DNA of 64,000 bases. Origin: a virus. Its lineage: Duplodnaviria > Caudoviricetes. A program made the translations under genes and the position numbers. The stretch is from IMG/VR virus record IMGVR_UViG_3300008954_000001; one strand, 5' to 3'. Below the pieces are notes generated by a model. That model saw only the letters and a program-made list of their open reading frames with translations, did no database searches and was not told the origin of the DNA. This document shows positions 6,462 to 15,584 of the stretch, in pieces; position 1 is the stretch's first letter, and every line of letters begins with the position of its first letter.

Positions 6462-9161
6462 ATGTCCTTTTTCGAGCAGTTATATGACTCTGTAAGGCCA
6501 GAAATTGAGCAACATCCGTGGATGACACAATGCACAATGACTCTGGTAACCACTGAAGCACAGCTAAAGGCGTGTGTGGATCAGTGTATTGCGGCGGGGT
6601 TGTACGCCTTGGATTTGGAGACCACGGGGCTGGATAGCCGAGTTTTTGACGGGGAAACCCGTGCGAAGATCGTAGGTTTTTGTCTCTCTCCTGATGAAAA
6701 TACGGGGTTTTATATCCCTGTACGACACCACAAGGGGGTCAATATCCCTTGGACGGTAGCCCACCGTGAGATGTCCCGATTGGGGGCTTCTGATGCCGTC
6801 GCCATTTTCCACAACGCTAAGTTTGACCAAGAGTTTTTGGAGTTCACTGGACTCGGATCGATTGGTGATTGGGATGACCCAAAGCGGTGGCACGATACGT
6901 TAATCATGGCGTATATCCGAAACCAGAAGGCCCGCCAAAAGGGGCTGAAGTTTCTGAGTAAGTCAGAGCTTGATTGTGAAATGATTGAGTTGCCTGACCT
7001 ATTTGGACCTGCCCATAAAGGCGACTTGGACTTTTCCTTGCTCGATTCGGCATGGGAACCCTGTCTTTGGTATGCCGCAGCCGACGCTATTTGCACCTTT
7101 AGGCTATTCAAGCACCTTGCTAAAGAGCTTGAAAGGCCGATTGAGGGCATTGCCCCCCTTTCGGGCATCTACACCATCGAAAAACTGGCTTTGACTGCGA
7201 CACGGTGGATGGAGCGGTGCCGCATCCAAATCGACCAAAGCAAAGCAAAGGAACTGATTCGTATCGGCCAAAAAGAGTGGTGGGAGTCTGTTTCCGATGT
7301 GTACAACTCAGCCCAAGACACTTTGGGGCGGGATGTGCGTCCTGCATGGGTCAAGTTGTTAGCTGGCGACCTTAAAAGTGGCCTGTCTTTTGACCCCGAC
7401 GAAGTAAGCCCTTCTTATATGGATCGGGTAAAGGAAGCTCGAAGCCATGCGAGGCGTATGAAGATGGATGCCGATGGTGTTGTCACAAAAGAAGTGACCT
7501 CATTGACATCAGATAAGAGCGAATCGGTGAACTTCCCTTTAGTGTACGACATTCTATCGGGGGATCAGCTTGGTAAGCTCTTTCGTGAACTGAAGGTTCC
7601 AGGGCTTCGGGCTACCGAAAAGTCAGGCCAAGTGAAGACCAGCAAAGATGAATTGGATCGAGTTGTTGAAGAGGCTGGCGAACGGTTCCCCTATATGGCG
7701 AAGATCAAGCGGTTCCGAGAGGTATCGAAGGCTCTATCGACCTATTTGATTTCCATGGTCGAGGACGCTGCTCCAGATGGATCGCTGAAAGCTAATTTCA
7801 ATGGTTTGCGTACAGACACGGGTCGCTTTTCGGCCCCTGTATCCAAACGCCCTAAAGTAGATGGTGGTTGTCGTGTGCCTTGGCAGGGGATGCCTTCGGG
7901 CTACGACCCCAACCGCCCCGAATGTTTGAAACGCTTGCGTGAATGTATTGTTGGGCGAGGCAATCGAGTTTTGATTGCCATCGACTACGCAGGGGTTGAG
8001 CTTCGTATCGCAACGAATCTTTCACTCGAACCCAAGTGGGCGAACGAGTATTTCCGTTGCGCCGATTGTGAGAAGAAGTTCGATAAAGGGGATGGAAAAG
8101 TCACCCCCTCTGCACCACCCCCGTTCTGTCCGAAATGTGGTTCAGATAAGATTGGGGATCTCCATAGCTTGACCACCATTATGTTGTATGGCGATGCCAT
8201 CAGGAAAGACAAGAAGGCATTCAAAGCCAAGCGACAGATTGGGAAGCAAACCAACTTCCTACTCTGTTACGGCGGTGGGCCTAATGCCCTTGTGCAACAG
8301 ATTGGTTTGGATCGGAGTGAGGCCGAACGGGTCAAGAGCACCTTCGACAAGCAATACCCCGCCTTGCGGAATTGGTGGGACCGCCAACACCGTTTTGGTC
8401 GCAAGTATGCGTTTGTATGCACGGCGTTCGGTCGTCGCTGTCCTGTACCTGACATCAACATGCCGAGATACGACAAGAAAACGGGTCGGCGTAACGGTTC
8501 TTTCATTTCCAAAGCTGAACGAAATGCGGTGAACGCTCCAGTACAAGGGACGTCTGCCGATATAACTAAGATGGCTATGGGCCTAATCTACCGCCACGCC
8601 AAAAAGAACGGCTGGTTGGATCGTATGGGAATGGTAATCACGATGCACGACGAACTTGTTTTCGATGTAGAGCCTTCGTTGGTGAAGGAATTCCTCGATG
8701 TCGTGCCTCGGATCATGTCCTCTAATAAGATGGTTCGTAGCCGAAAGTGGCCTATCCCCCTTACCGTAGACATTGAGATGGGTAAGGATTGGACGGTCCC
8801 TTACAATATTACCGAAATCCAAGAAACGAAAAAGGTTCCCGATGGGTTGAGGGATCTTCTTGGTGATTATGTGGATGACCTTATTGCGGACACCCCCACA
8901 GTTGAGGCACCTACCGATGCCCCACCTAAAACGAACGGGAAGTTCCAATATGAAATTAGTGGTCCACTTACAGTTCAGTTAGCGATCCGATTGGCGAAAG
9001 CCATTGAAGCTGCCCGTTCCCCTACGGGGAAGATTCTGAGTTTAGGAGGACCACACGGGGCAGTAGTAGCTAAACGTGCCTTTCAAGGCCGTCCCCCCCG
9101 TATTAATACGGAGGTTTTTATGAGTCTCGTTGGAGATTCAAAAGGAGAATATGATGAGTAG
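6462..9161 (+). CDS. polA: Family A DNA polymerase with 3'-5' exonuclease, no 5'-3' exonuclease, zinc-ribbon insertion
   Basis: ExoI LDLETTG, ExoII HNAKFD, ExoIII YAAADA; TDTGRFS; motif A IDYAGVELR; motif B RQIGKQTNFLLCYG (Phe at the E. coli 762-equivalent position); NAPVQGTSADITK; motif C MHDELVF. SD GAGGAG upstream. Confidence 0.95.
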   Translation: MSFFEQLYDSVRPEIEQHPWMTQCTMTLVTTEAQLKACVDQCIAAGLYALDLETTGLDSRVFDGETRAKIVGFCLSPDENTGFYIPVRHHKGVNIPWTVAHREMSRLGASDAVAIFHNAKFDQEFLEFTGLGSIGDWDDPKRWHDTLIMAYIRNQKARQKGLKFLSKSELDCEMIELPDLFGPAHKGDLDFSLLDSAWEPCLWYAAADAICTFRLFKHLAKELERPIEGIAPLSGIYTIEKLALTATRWMERCRIQIDQSKAKELIRIGQKEWWESVSDVYNSAQDTLGRDVRPAWVKLLAGDLKSGLSFDPDEVSPSYMDRVKEARSHARRMKMDADGVVTKEVTSLTSDKSESVNFPLVYDILSGDQLGKLFRELKVPGLRATEKSGQVKTSKDELDRVVEEAGERFPYMAKIKRFREVSKALSTYLISMVEDAAPDGSLKANFNGLRTDTGRFSAPVSKRPKVDGGCRVPWQGMPSGYDPNRPECLKRLRECIVGRGNRVLIAIDYAGVELRIATNLSLEPKWANEYFRCADCEKKFDKGDGKVTPSAPPPFCPKCGSDKIGDLHSLTTIMLYGDAIRKDKKAFKAKRQIGKQTNFLLCYGGGPNALVQQIGLDRSEAERVKSTFDKQYPALRNWWDRQHRFGRKYAFVCTAFGRRCPVPDINMPRYDKKTGRRNGSFISKAERNAVNAPVQGTSADITKMAMGLIYRHAKKNGWLDRMGMVITMHDELVFDVEPSLVKEFLDVVPRIMSSNKMVRSRKWPIPLTVDIEMGKDWTVPYNITEIQETKKVPDGLRDLLGDYVDDLIADTPTVEAPTDAPPKTNGKFQYEISGPLTVQLAIRLAKAIEAARSPTGKILSLGGPHGAVVAKRAFQGRPPRINTEVFMSLVGDSKGEYDE

Positions 9162-9486
9162 TACAGAAAACAATCCAGAAAACATTGAGGAAATCCTCAA
9201 ACTATGGGCACCGACCGTGATCAACATGGTTGAGCGGCAAGCTCGTACAGACTTTCTGCTAACTCTGCTCGAAGAACACGGGTTCTTTCCAAAAGGCTTC
9301 AATGAACTGGGAGATATTATCTTGGATAAGCTCCGCACACATGGCGATATTGAAGCAGTCCGAGAGGAAGCCCTGAAAACAAAGGTAATCCCTTGGGATT
9401 ATGCTCAAAAAGTCGGAAGGCTTAAAACTAAGATGCACAAGACCGATGCGGGTATCGCCAGCATCGCCCGACGACTCCTTCTATAA
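9151..9486 (+). CDS. Hypothetical protein (~111 aa)
   Basis: AAGGAG at 9142-9147 favours ATG 9151 or 9154 over the track's TTG 9130. Overlaps the polA stop. Confidence 0.65.
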   Translation: MMSSTENNPENIEEILKLWAPTVINMVERQARTDFLLTLLEEHGFFPKGFNELGDIILDKLRTHGDIEAVREEALKTKVIPWDYAQKVGRLKTKMHKTDAGIASIARRLLL

Positions 9487-9530
9487 AACCTCCTTGGTAG
9501 GCATGGGTATTATGAACCCAAGGAGTTTCG

Positions 9531-10286
9531 ATGAAGAAGGACTTGTTCAATGAGTGCTTTGATGAACGCTTGCCCCCGGCTGCGTTCAAACAAGTCTTTT
9601 GCGGCCATTGTCGGAACCCAACCTGCTCTTTAGCAGGTTGGGCCGCTGACCAATTTGGTGCTCGAAACGCTATCCAAGAAGAGCGTCTCTACAACCCAAA
9701 TGTCGCCCACCCTGACGACCCTCGATATGGTCGCCTAAAAGAACAGGACTTCCCTTCTCTCTTCCATAAAGCAGTCCGTTTAGAAATAGCGGATCGTAGA
9801 GGGGATTGGAGCCTTCCTGAGTCTAATGTGGTTCTGGCTCCAATTGATCCCGAACCAGCCTCTTCAGAATCACAAGACTTAGTGAAGGAAGCTGTTCTTT
9901 CCCTAAAGAGGGAAAACAACCCTGAAACGATTTCTGATGAGGTTATAGATCGGGGTTCCTCGGATACGCCTGAGAGCGAACTCCGGGATCAAGAGGATCA
10001 AGATCAGGTCACCCCCCCTGAAATTCCCCCCGAACAGCCAGAGCAAAATCTGGCATCGAAAACAGAAAAAACCGAAAAAAGTTTGGAGGCTTCTGCGAAA
10101 GCCTCCGTTGAACGCCACCAACACCCGAATCAAAAAAATACGGATTTTGAAGAAGGTTTGATGTTGGAGGGGGCTTCGGAATTTCCTTCTGACGAAAAAA
10201 CTAAGCAGCAACGAGTTCAGGACTCTTGGAAGCCCTCCAAAGTGATCGAACCTGGCTCCACCGTGAATATGGGAAAAAAGAAATGA
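9531..10286 (+). CDS. Hypothetical protein, N-terminal Cys cluster (CGHC..PTC) and acidic low-complexity C-terminus
   Basis: SD AGGAG at 9521-9525; ATGA overlap with the next gene. Confidence 0.7.
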   Translation: MKKDLFNECFDERLPPAAFKQVFCGHCRNPTCSLAGWAADQFGARNAIQEERLYNPNVAHPDDPRYGRLKEQDFPSLFHKAVRLEIADRRGDWSLPESNVVLAPIDPEPASSESQDLVKEAVLSLKRENNPETISDEVIDRGSSDTPESELRDQEDQDQVTPPEIPPEQPEQNLASKTEKTEKSLEASAKASVERHQHPNQKNTDFEEGLMLEGASEFPSDEKTKQQRVQDSWKPSKVIEPGSTVNMGKKK

Positions 10287-11290
10287 GCAAAGCCGAAGAA
10301 GATAAATTAGAAGAACGCTTGGGCGAGATCGCCCGCAAACTTTACGAAGACTCTCCCGAACTCCAAGAAATCATCGATAAGGTGAACAGTGGGGAGTTGG
10401 ACGAGTCCGAGGCTATGGCTCAAATGATGCGGTCTGTGTCTGAAAACGCCGAATTGGAAACCAGCCTCACTACGTTTGCGAAAGAGGAAATGGCAAACAT
10501 TGAAAGCGACCTAAAGGCCCAAAACCCCGCTCTCTTTCAGGCGGCCTCTGGACTTCCAAAGCTCGACCCTATGTTTGAAGCCCGCCTTTATGAGCGTATT
10601 CAATTCGATGAGGACGCTCCTGAGTTACGGGTCGGCCCCCTCCCCCCAGGAGTGAAGCCCGCCGTTCCCGTTCTAAATGCTTCTCCGAACCCTGTGGCCC
10701 TTGGCGCAGCCTTGAAGAACGCTTCAACCGAAATGGATGCAGAAATCGCTGCCCTCCTCGAAACCGGGGGGCAACGAGAAACCGCCCTCACCAAAACAGG
10801 ACACTCCAACCTTCCCCAACCCACGGGGTATCAGCCAGGGGCTTTGCCTACTTTGGTGAATGTTGCCGTACCCTCTGGAGCCGCTTTAGCCTTATTCACC
10901 GTGCCAGAAAACCAAGAGTTGGCTTGGTCCGCCGCTGTGACCACTCAAGGGCGGCGTAGTGCTTCAATGACTATCCAACGCCTAATCACGGAGCATTTAG
11001 GTCGAGTTGGCTTTGATGTGAAAAGCCGTAACATGGTGAAATCAACCGAAGGTATCCTCGCAAAAGCTACATGGACCTTCTCTATTGCGGGGTCGGGTGC
11101 TGAATCCACCCAAAGCAACTTCAGCCCCGTGTCTAATGCCGCCGCAGCGATTGCTAACGAAATCGCCAATAACTTCACGGGTTCAGACGGTATGGTGGAT
11201 ATATCTACCCCATTATGGTTCGAGATAACCACTGTCGATCTTATTGATGAGCGACAGGTTGGATGGGCCGCACTTGTACGGAGTCGATGA
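10283..11290 (+). CDS. Hypothetical protein (~335 aa)
   Basis: Start re-assigned to ATG 10283 (ATGA overlap). Long ORF tiling the operon. Confidence 0.7.
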   Translation: MSKAEEDKLEERLGEIARKLYEDSPELQEIIDKVNSGELDESEAMAQMMRSVSENAELETSLTTFAKEEMANIESDLKAQNPALFQAASGLPKLDPMFEARLYERIQFDEDAPELRVGPLPPGVKPAVPVLNASPNPVALGAALKNASTEMDAEIAALLETGGQRETALTKTGHSNLPQPTGYQPGALPTLVNVAVPSGAALALFTVPENQELAWSAAVTTQGRRSASMTIQRLITEHLGRVGFDVKSRNMVKSTEGILAKATWTFSIAGSGAESTQSNFSPVSNAAAAIANEIANNFTGSDGMVDISTPLWFEITTVDLIDERQVGWAALVRSR

Positions 11291-11610
11291 TGGCTAAAGG
11301 AACCCCAAGCGAAATCGCCGCAGCTTGTTGCGAGCTTCAAGATGCCAGAATGCGATCTGCCCAAGACGGCTATTGGAGGGTTGTTTTGACCCCCAACAAT
11401 ACAATTGGAAAGATTCTAAAGAAGACTCTTTCTGCTTGTGGAGGTGGCTCAGGCCGAACGGAAACTTTCACCAATCGAGGAAAAGTATCCGTCACCTCAG
11501 ACCCAATACCTTTTGGCGACCCTGACGCAATCCTTATCCGTGTAGGTTGGTGGGGAAACCCCCCTTATGAAGCAGCCGAAACATGGCAAACTCACTGTAA
11601 AGGCACCTGA
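11287..11610 (+). CDS. Hypothetical protein (~107 aa)
   Basis: ATGA overlap at 11287-11290. Confidence 0.6.
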   Translation: MMAKGTPSEIAAACCELQDARMRSAQDGYWRVVLTPNNTIGKILKKTLSACGGGSGRTETFTNRGKVSVTSDPIPFGDPDAILIRVGWWGNPPYEAAETWQTHCKGT

Positions 11611-11612
11611 AA

Positions 11613-12038
11613 ATGGCTGATAGGTTGTGGACCGTTTTGATTAAAGGCGGAGCGGAGGTATCATTTAAGGGGCAAGGGTCAATCCAACACCATGACGGAA
11701 CTCGCAGTATCTGGAAAATTCGAGGTACGAGAGCCGCCGTTGATGAAGTTTTGGCTACGGCTCAAAGTATCGGGTGTTTTGTGGAAGTGTTTGAAGGCAG
11801 TCAAACTGAAGAACAACAAGCTATTCGGAACAATCTGTTAGGGGTTCAACGAGAAGGCTTTGTGTTCCAGACCGAGAAATGCCCCGAATGTTATTGGTTC
11901 GATCCCCTTACCAAAAACAACTGTGGGCATACCGATTGGCCACTCGAAACCATAGCCGCTTCACGCCAATTCCATGAGAAGGCCCGGTTGGACCAAAGCT
12001 CGTGTCCTCTCAATGGTTCGCCTATTGAGCAGGTATAG
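11613..12038 (+). CDS. Hypothetical protein with C-terminal Cys motif (CPEC...C...C)
   Basis: Starts 2 nt after the previous stop; four Cys suggest a zinc site. Confidence 0.65.
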   Translation: MADRLWTVLIKGGAEVSFKGQGSIQHHDGTRSIWKIRGTRAAVDEVLATAQSIGCFVEVFEGSQTEEQQAIRNNLLGVQREGFVFQTEKCPECYWFDPLTKNNCGHTDWPLETIAASRQFHEKARLDQSSCPLNGSPIEQV

Positions 12039-12061
12039 CGACAGCCTGAGGGAGAATTCCT

Positions 12062-12400
12062 ATGAATAAGACCTTACTTTTGATGGCCCTTTTAGGGTTC
12101 GGCACCCCCGCATTAGCGGAAGATGCTGTGCCTAAGAATGAGGCCCTGCACCCCACTACGGAAGGGACAGCGGTCGTGTACCCTGTGTTCTACGCTGTGG
12201 AATTTTCCGTTGATGGGTACTCGGTTGTGCATCCCAAAAAAGTTGACGGATCGTACACAACTCCCGTGAAGCCTAAAGCTGCACCCCTTCCCCACTCAAA
12301 AGAAGTGCTAAATGTGCTTCCTATCCAAATCTCGCCCAAAATCTTTCTGAGCAGACTTACAAAAGTCATTGATGATCAGCTTGATACACCTAAGCCCTGA
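12062..12400 (+). CDS. Putative exported protein (Sec-type signal peptide)
   Basis: MNKTLLLMALLGFGTPALA has a basic-hydrophobic-AxA layout; SD GAGGGAG upstream. Confidence 0.6.
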   Translation: MNKTLLLMALLGFGTPALAEDAVPKNEALHPTTEGTAVVYPVFYAVEFSVDGYSVVHPKKVDGSYTTPVKPKAAPLPHSKEVLNVLPIQISPKIFLSRLTKVIDDQLDTPKP

Positions 12401-12442
12401 CCTTTCCCCTACGATCTTTCGTATAAGAGGGGGAGGGCAGAA

Positions 12443-13105
12443 ATGGCCAGAAAGAGAAAAGACCAACGCTTCGTTGTAGATGACGCTGTAGAGCAACAGG
12501 TCTTCTCTCTCTTGGGCGATCAAAGTAAGCAAGCCCAAACCCTTATCGAGCTTCGGGAAGCCCTTACAACGCAAGTGGAGCGGGTTTCTGAGGCTTTAGA
12601 AGCTATCTCTACCGACCTCTTGGCCCAAACCGTTGCCCTTGGCACAGGGAGGCGGGGGGAAGCTCGCTTTGAAGTCGATCCAGATGGGAAATTGGTTCTG
12701 GTTGTATCCTATGGTGGGGAAGCTCTCGATCCACTAAATCGAGGGGACTTGAAGCCAGCTTGGATCAAACGAAATGATCGAAAGCCTCGCCAAAGCGTAG
12801 AACCCCCCAAAGCCGTAGAACCCCCCAAAAAGAAGAAGGGGTTCATCAAGACCGCACCCGCCATCTCCAAACCCACTCCTGTCACTCCTGTCACTTCAAA
12901 TATGGATGACTTAGATGATCTCTTGGTGGGTTTTGGAGAGGACGAACTCACCGAAACGGTAAGTGCGGAAGTACCTGAAGCCTACACGCCCCCTGCCCGA
13001 TCTCGCCTACGGCGGATACCAGGGCAAAAGGTAACGAAGTCAAAAGGTAACGGAAAAGGGTCTCTTTCGAGTTTATTGTCTTTAGACAAAGAAAACGAGG
13101 ACTGA
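12443..13105 (+). CDS. Hypothetical protein (220 aa), N-terminal coiled coil and low-complexity C-terminus
   Basis: SD GGGAGG. Short in-frame duplications (VEPPKAVEPPK near 12795-12830; PVTPVT near 12875-12895). Last + strand gene before the strand switch. Confidence 0.7.
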   Translation: MARKRKDQRFVVDDAVEQQVFSLLGDQSKQAQTLIELREALTTQVERVSEALEAISTDLLAQTVALGTGRRGEARFEVDPDGKLVLVVSYGGEALDPLNRGDLKPAWIKRNDRKPRQSVEPPKAVEPPKKKKGFIKTAPAISKPTPVTPVTSNMDDLDDLLVGFGEDELTETVSAEVPEAYTPPARSRLRRIPGQKVTKSKGNGKGSLSSLLSLDKENED

Positions 13106-13153
13106 CCCTTACGGGGCAATCCTCGTTTCATAAGCTCTTTTGAGAAGCGTCTG

Positions 13154-13711
13154 TTAGCCAGCGAAAGTAAGCTGAAGCGTACAACCCTGACCACCACCGT
13201 TGTCCGACCATGTGCAAGTAAGCACATCATCAGCAGACAGGTCGGCGGCTTCGTCTTCGAGAGTCAGTTCGCCCAAGCCAGTGACAGCAGCACCGTCAGC
13301 AGCCGTGACCATATCGTCTCCATCGGAGTTCTGAATGGTCATCGTAGCACCAGCATCGGAAGCACCAGAGGTGACAATGCTTGCACCAACGAGCTTGCCC
13401 AACGCTCCAATCGCAACGACATCCGCATCAGCCAAGACCACTGAAAGGGTCTGACCAACGGAATCGCCACGCTCGAAGGTAGCGGAAGCGAAACCAGCAG
13501 AAATCGCAGAGCGAATCACGCCAGACTCGAAGCTACGAGCAACGTCAGCGGTGTAAACAAGGTCGCTGGTTCCACTTTCGGGAACATACACGGCACCAGC
13601 CTTGCTGTTCTCGTGAATGGGGCCATCGGTGGCATCATTTACATCAGAAATAAGAAGGGAACCGTCGCTTGCGCCAAGGTGGGTTACCCGAATGAACAAT
13701 CCTTCAGCCAT
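13154..13711 (-). CDS. Small acidic Ala/Gly-rich protein, paralog B (possible virion/decoration protein)
   Basis: SD AAGGAG. Full-length similarity to 13736-14314 (MAEGLFIRV...DATDGP.H...DVARSFESG...LTL.DEAAD..AD.VLT.T...QLTFAG). Function is inference. Confidence 0.6.
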   Translation of the reverse strand: MAEGLFIRVTHLGASDGSLLISDVNDATDGPIHENSKAGAVYVPESGTSDLVYTADVARSFESGVIRSAISAGFASATFERGDSVGQTLSVVLADADVVAIGALGKLVGASIVTSGASDAGATMTIQNSDGDDMVTAADGAAVTGLGELTLEDEAADLSADDVLTCTWSDNGGGQGCTLQLTFAG

Positions 13712-13735
13712 GATATTTCTCCTTAGATAGACTGT

Positions 13736-14314
13736 TTAGGCATCCGCACCAGCGAATGTGAGTTGAACCGTCGCCCGTTGAATGGCGGCGGCGGAAACAA
13801 GAGTGATAGTAAGAACTTCGTCGGCGGCTACATCAGCGGCTTCGTCGGCCAGCGTCAAGTCTGACAGGCCGTCGAGGGCTGCGACATCGGCGGCCACATT
13901 TCCATCCAACACTCCACCAGCCGAGGCACCTTCGACGTTGATGGTTGCGGGATCGTTAAGTGCGCCAGAAGAGATGATTTTCACGCTTACGATTTTGCCG
14001 AGAGCGGCGGCTACTTGAGCCGTTCCGTGGGCTACGACAACTGCGATAGTCTCGCCAGCCGAATCGCCTCGCAAGAACTCTGCCGTAAGCGTACCTGCGT
14101 CAATCATTCCTCGAAGGCATCCGCTTTCAAAGCTGCGAGCAACATCGCCTGAATAAGCAACATCCACTGAACCGCCACCCGGAACATAAAGAGCACCGGA
14201 TCGAGTCAACCCGTGTTGGGGACCGTCCGTTGCATCGTAACAATCGTCAAGCAAAACGGAGGGAGTGGTACTCGCCGCTGCGTTGCTGACTCTGATAAAT
14301 AATCCTTCAGCCAT
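13736..14314 (-). CDS. Small acidic Ala/Gly-rich protein, paralog A (possible virion/decoration protein)
   Basis: SD AGGAG; paralog of 13154-13711; preceded by the recurrent promoter-like motif. Confidence 0.6.
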   Translation of the reverse strand: MAEGLFIRVSNAAASTTPSVLLDDCYDATDGPQHGLTRSGALYVPGGGSVDVAYSGDVARSFESGCLRGMIDAGTLTAEFLRGDSAGETIAVVVAHGTAQVAAALGKIVSVKIISSGALNDPATINVEGASAGGVLDGNVAADVAALDGLSDLTLADEAADVAADEVLTITLVSAAAIQRATVQLTFAGADA

Positions 14315-14390
14315 TTTTCCTATCTCCTAATCGAGAGGTTCAGTTTCAATTTACCCCCGACAGGAGGTGCCTCATTCTACTTGTGGGGAC

Positions 14391-14407
14391 TATAAAGGCT
14401 CTAACGG
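14391..14407 (-). promoter_or_regulatory. Candidate late promoter CCGTT-N7-TTATA
   Basis: Intergenic, 77 nt upstream of 14314; matches the motif found in other structural-gene gaps. Confidence 0.45.
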
Positions 14408-14466
14408 GAGCAAAGGACATAAATCCCCTCCAATCTTCCACCCTTCTACAAATATAGAGGGGGTAT

Positions 14467-15492
14467 CTAAACGAAAACGCCATTGAATTGCTGAGTGCAT
14501 CGCACGAAAGTCGTGCATTTGCTCAACTGTTTGAGCGTGGGGGCACCTACATAGGTACAGGTAGAACGGACTCCGCCGAGAATGTTTTTTATAGTGTCAT
14601 CTACGGACCCTCGAAAAGGAACCTCAACGAGCCGCCCCTCTGAGGATCGGTAGTCAGCTATCCCTCCATGGTGTTTGTCCATGGCGGCATCTGAACTCAT
14701 ACCGTAGAACTGAACATTGGATTCACCGTTCTTCTCAACCACGGTGCCGCCCCCTTCTGTGTGGCCAGCAAACATGCCACCGAGCATGACGAAATCAGCC
14801 CCCGCAGCGAAGGCTTTGGCTACATCTCCTGGGCAGGTACACCCGCCATCGGCAATAACGTGGCCCCCAAGCCCGTGAGCGGCATCCGCACACTCGATCA
14901 CGGCACTAAGCTGTGGATACCCCACCCCCGTCTGAATACGGGTTGTACAGACCGATCCTGGGCCAATACCGACCTTTACGATGTCGGCCCCGCTCATAAT
15001 CAGTTCTTGGGTCATGTCGGCTGTTACGACATTTCCAGCAATAATAGTGACATGGGGACATTTCTCTCGAACCTGTCGCACGAAATCAACGAAATGTTCG
15101 GAATACCCGTTCGCAATATCGATACAGACAAACCGAAGGCATTGTCGGGTAAGGAGCTTTTCAGTCTTTTCCCAGTCAGCCCTTCCTGTTCCTGTACTGA
15201 TGGCGATCCTGTCGGGATCAACCATCTCCGCATAAAGATCCCAATCCCGATGACCGTAATGCTTCGCTATACAGGTGAACAGGCCCCGTTCCGCTAAGGC
15301 GTGGTGCATGTTGAATGTACCCACCCCATCCATATTGGCGGCCATGATCGGGATACCGCTCCATGATTTCTGGCTGTGCTTAAATGTGTAGGTCCGAAAT
15401 AGATCCACCTCTTTTCGAGAGCGAAGAGTGCTCCGCTTAGGGCGGATCAGGACATCTTTGTAGTCGAGCTTGAGGTCGCTTTCGATTCGCAT
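14467..15492 (-). CDS. guaC: GMP reductase (type 1, E. coli GuaC-like), auxiliary metabolic gene
   Basis: [23 protein letters not shown]..., [30 protein letters not shown] (catalytic Cys loop), [40 protein letters not shown]. Start set at MRIES (15492) by analogy with E. coli MRIEEDLKL. Confidence 0.95.
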   Translation of the reverse strand: MRIESDLKLDYKDVLIRPKRSTLRSRKEVDLFRTYTFKHSQKSWSGIPIMAANMDGVGTFNMHHALAERGLFTCIAKHYGHRDWDLYAEMVDPDRIAISTGTGRADWEKTEKLLTRQCLRFVCIDIANGYSEHFVDFVRQVREKCPHVTIIAGNVVTADMTQELIMSGADIVKVGIGPGSVCTTRIQTGVGYPQLSAVIECADAAHGLGGHVIADGGCTCPGDVAKAFAAGADFVMLGGMFAGHTEGGGTVVEKNGESNVQFYGMSSDAAMDKHHGGIADYRSSEGRLVEVPFRGSVDDTIKNILGGVRSTCTYVGAPTLKQLSKCTTFVRCTQQFNGVFV

Positions 15493-15530
15493 AGGCCATC
15501 TCTTGGCAAGGCTAATCAAACTCTACCCAC

Positions 15531-15561
15531 AAAAAAGCCACCCTCGGAAGGATGGCTTTTT
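15531..15561 (-). terminator. Rho-independent terminator (possibly bidirectional)
   Basis: Minus strand GCCATCCT-TCCG-AGGGTGGC followed by TTTTTT: 8-bp stem with one G-U pair, 24 nt after the stop at 15585; A-run on the other side. Confidence 0.85.
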
Positions 15562-15584
15562 CAGGGTCGGGTATTTAGAGCAGA

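Noticed and set aside
6462-9161. Intein in polA, or a DpoZ/2-aminoadenine genome suggested by PolA plus guaC
   Set aside because: No C/S...HN splice motifs or LAGLIDADG domain. No purZ, datZ or mazZ is recognisable in the window, so base modification cannot be supported.
13104-13120. CCC-TTAC-GGG mini-hairpin at the convergence point
   Set aside because: Only a 3-4-bp stem with no adjacent U-tract.
14431-14463. Hairpin downstream of guaC as a terminator
   Set aside because: The stem has a C-A mismatch on the transcribed (-) strand and no U-tail.
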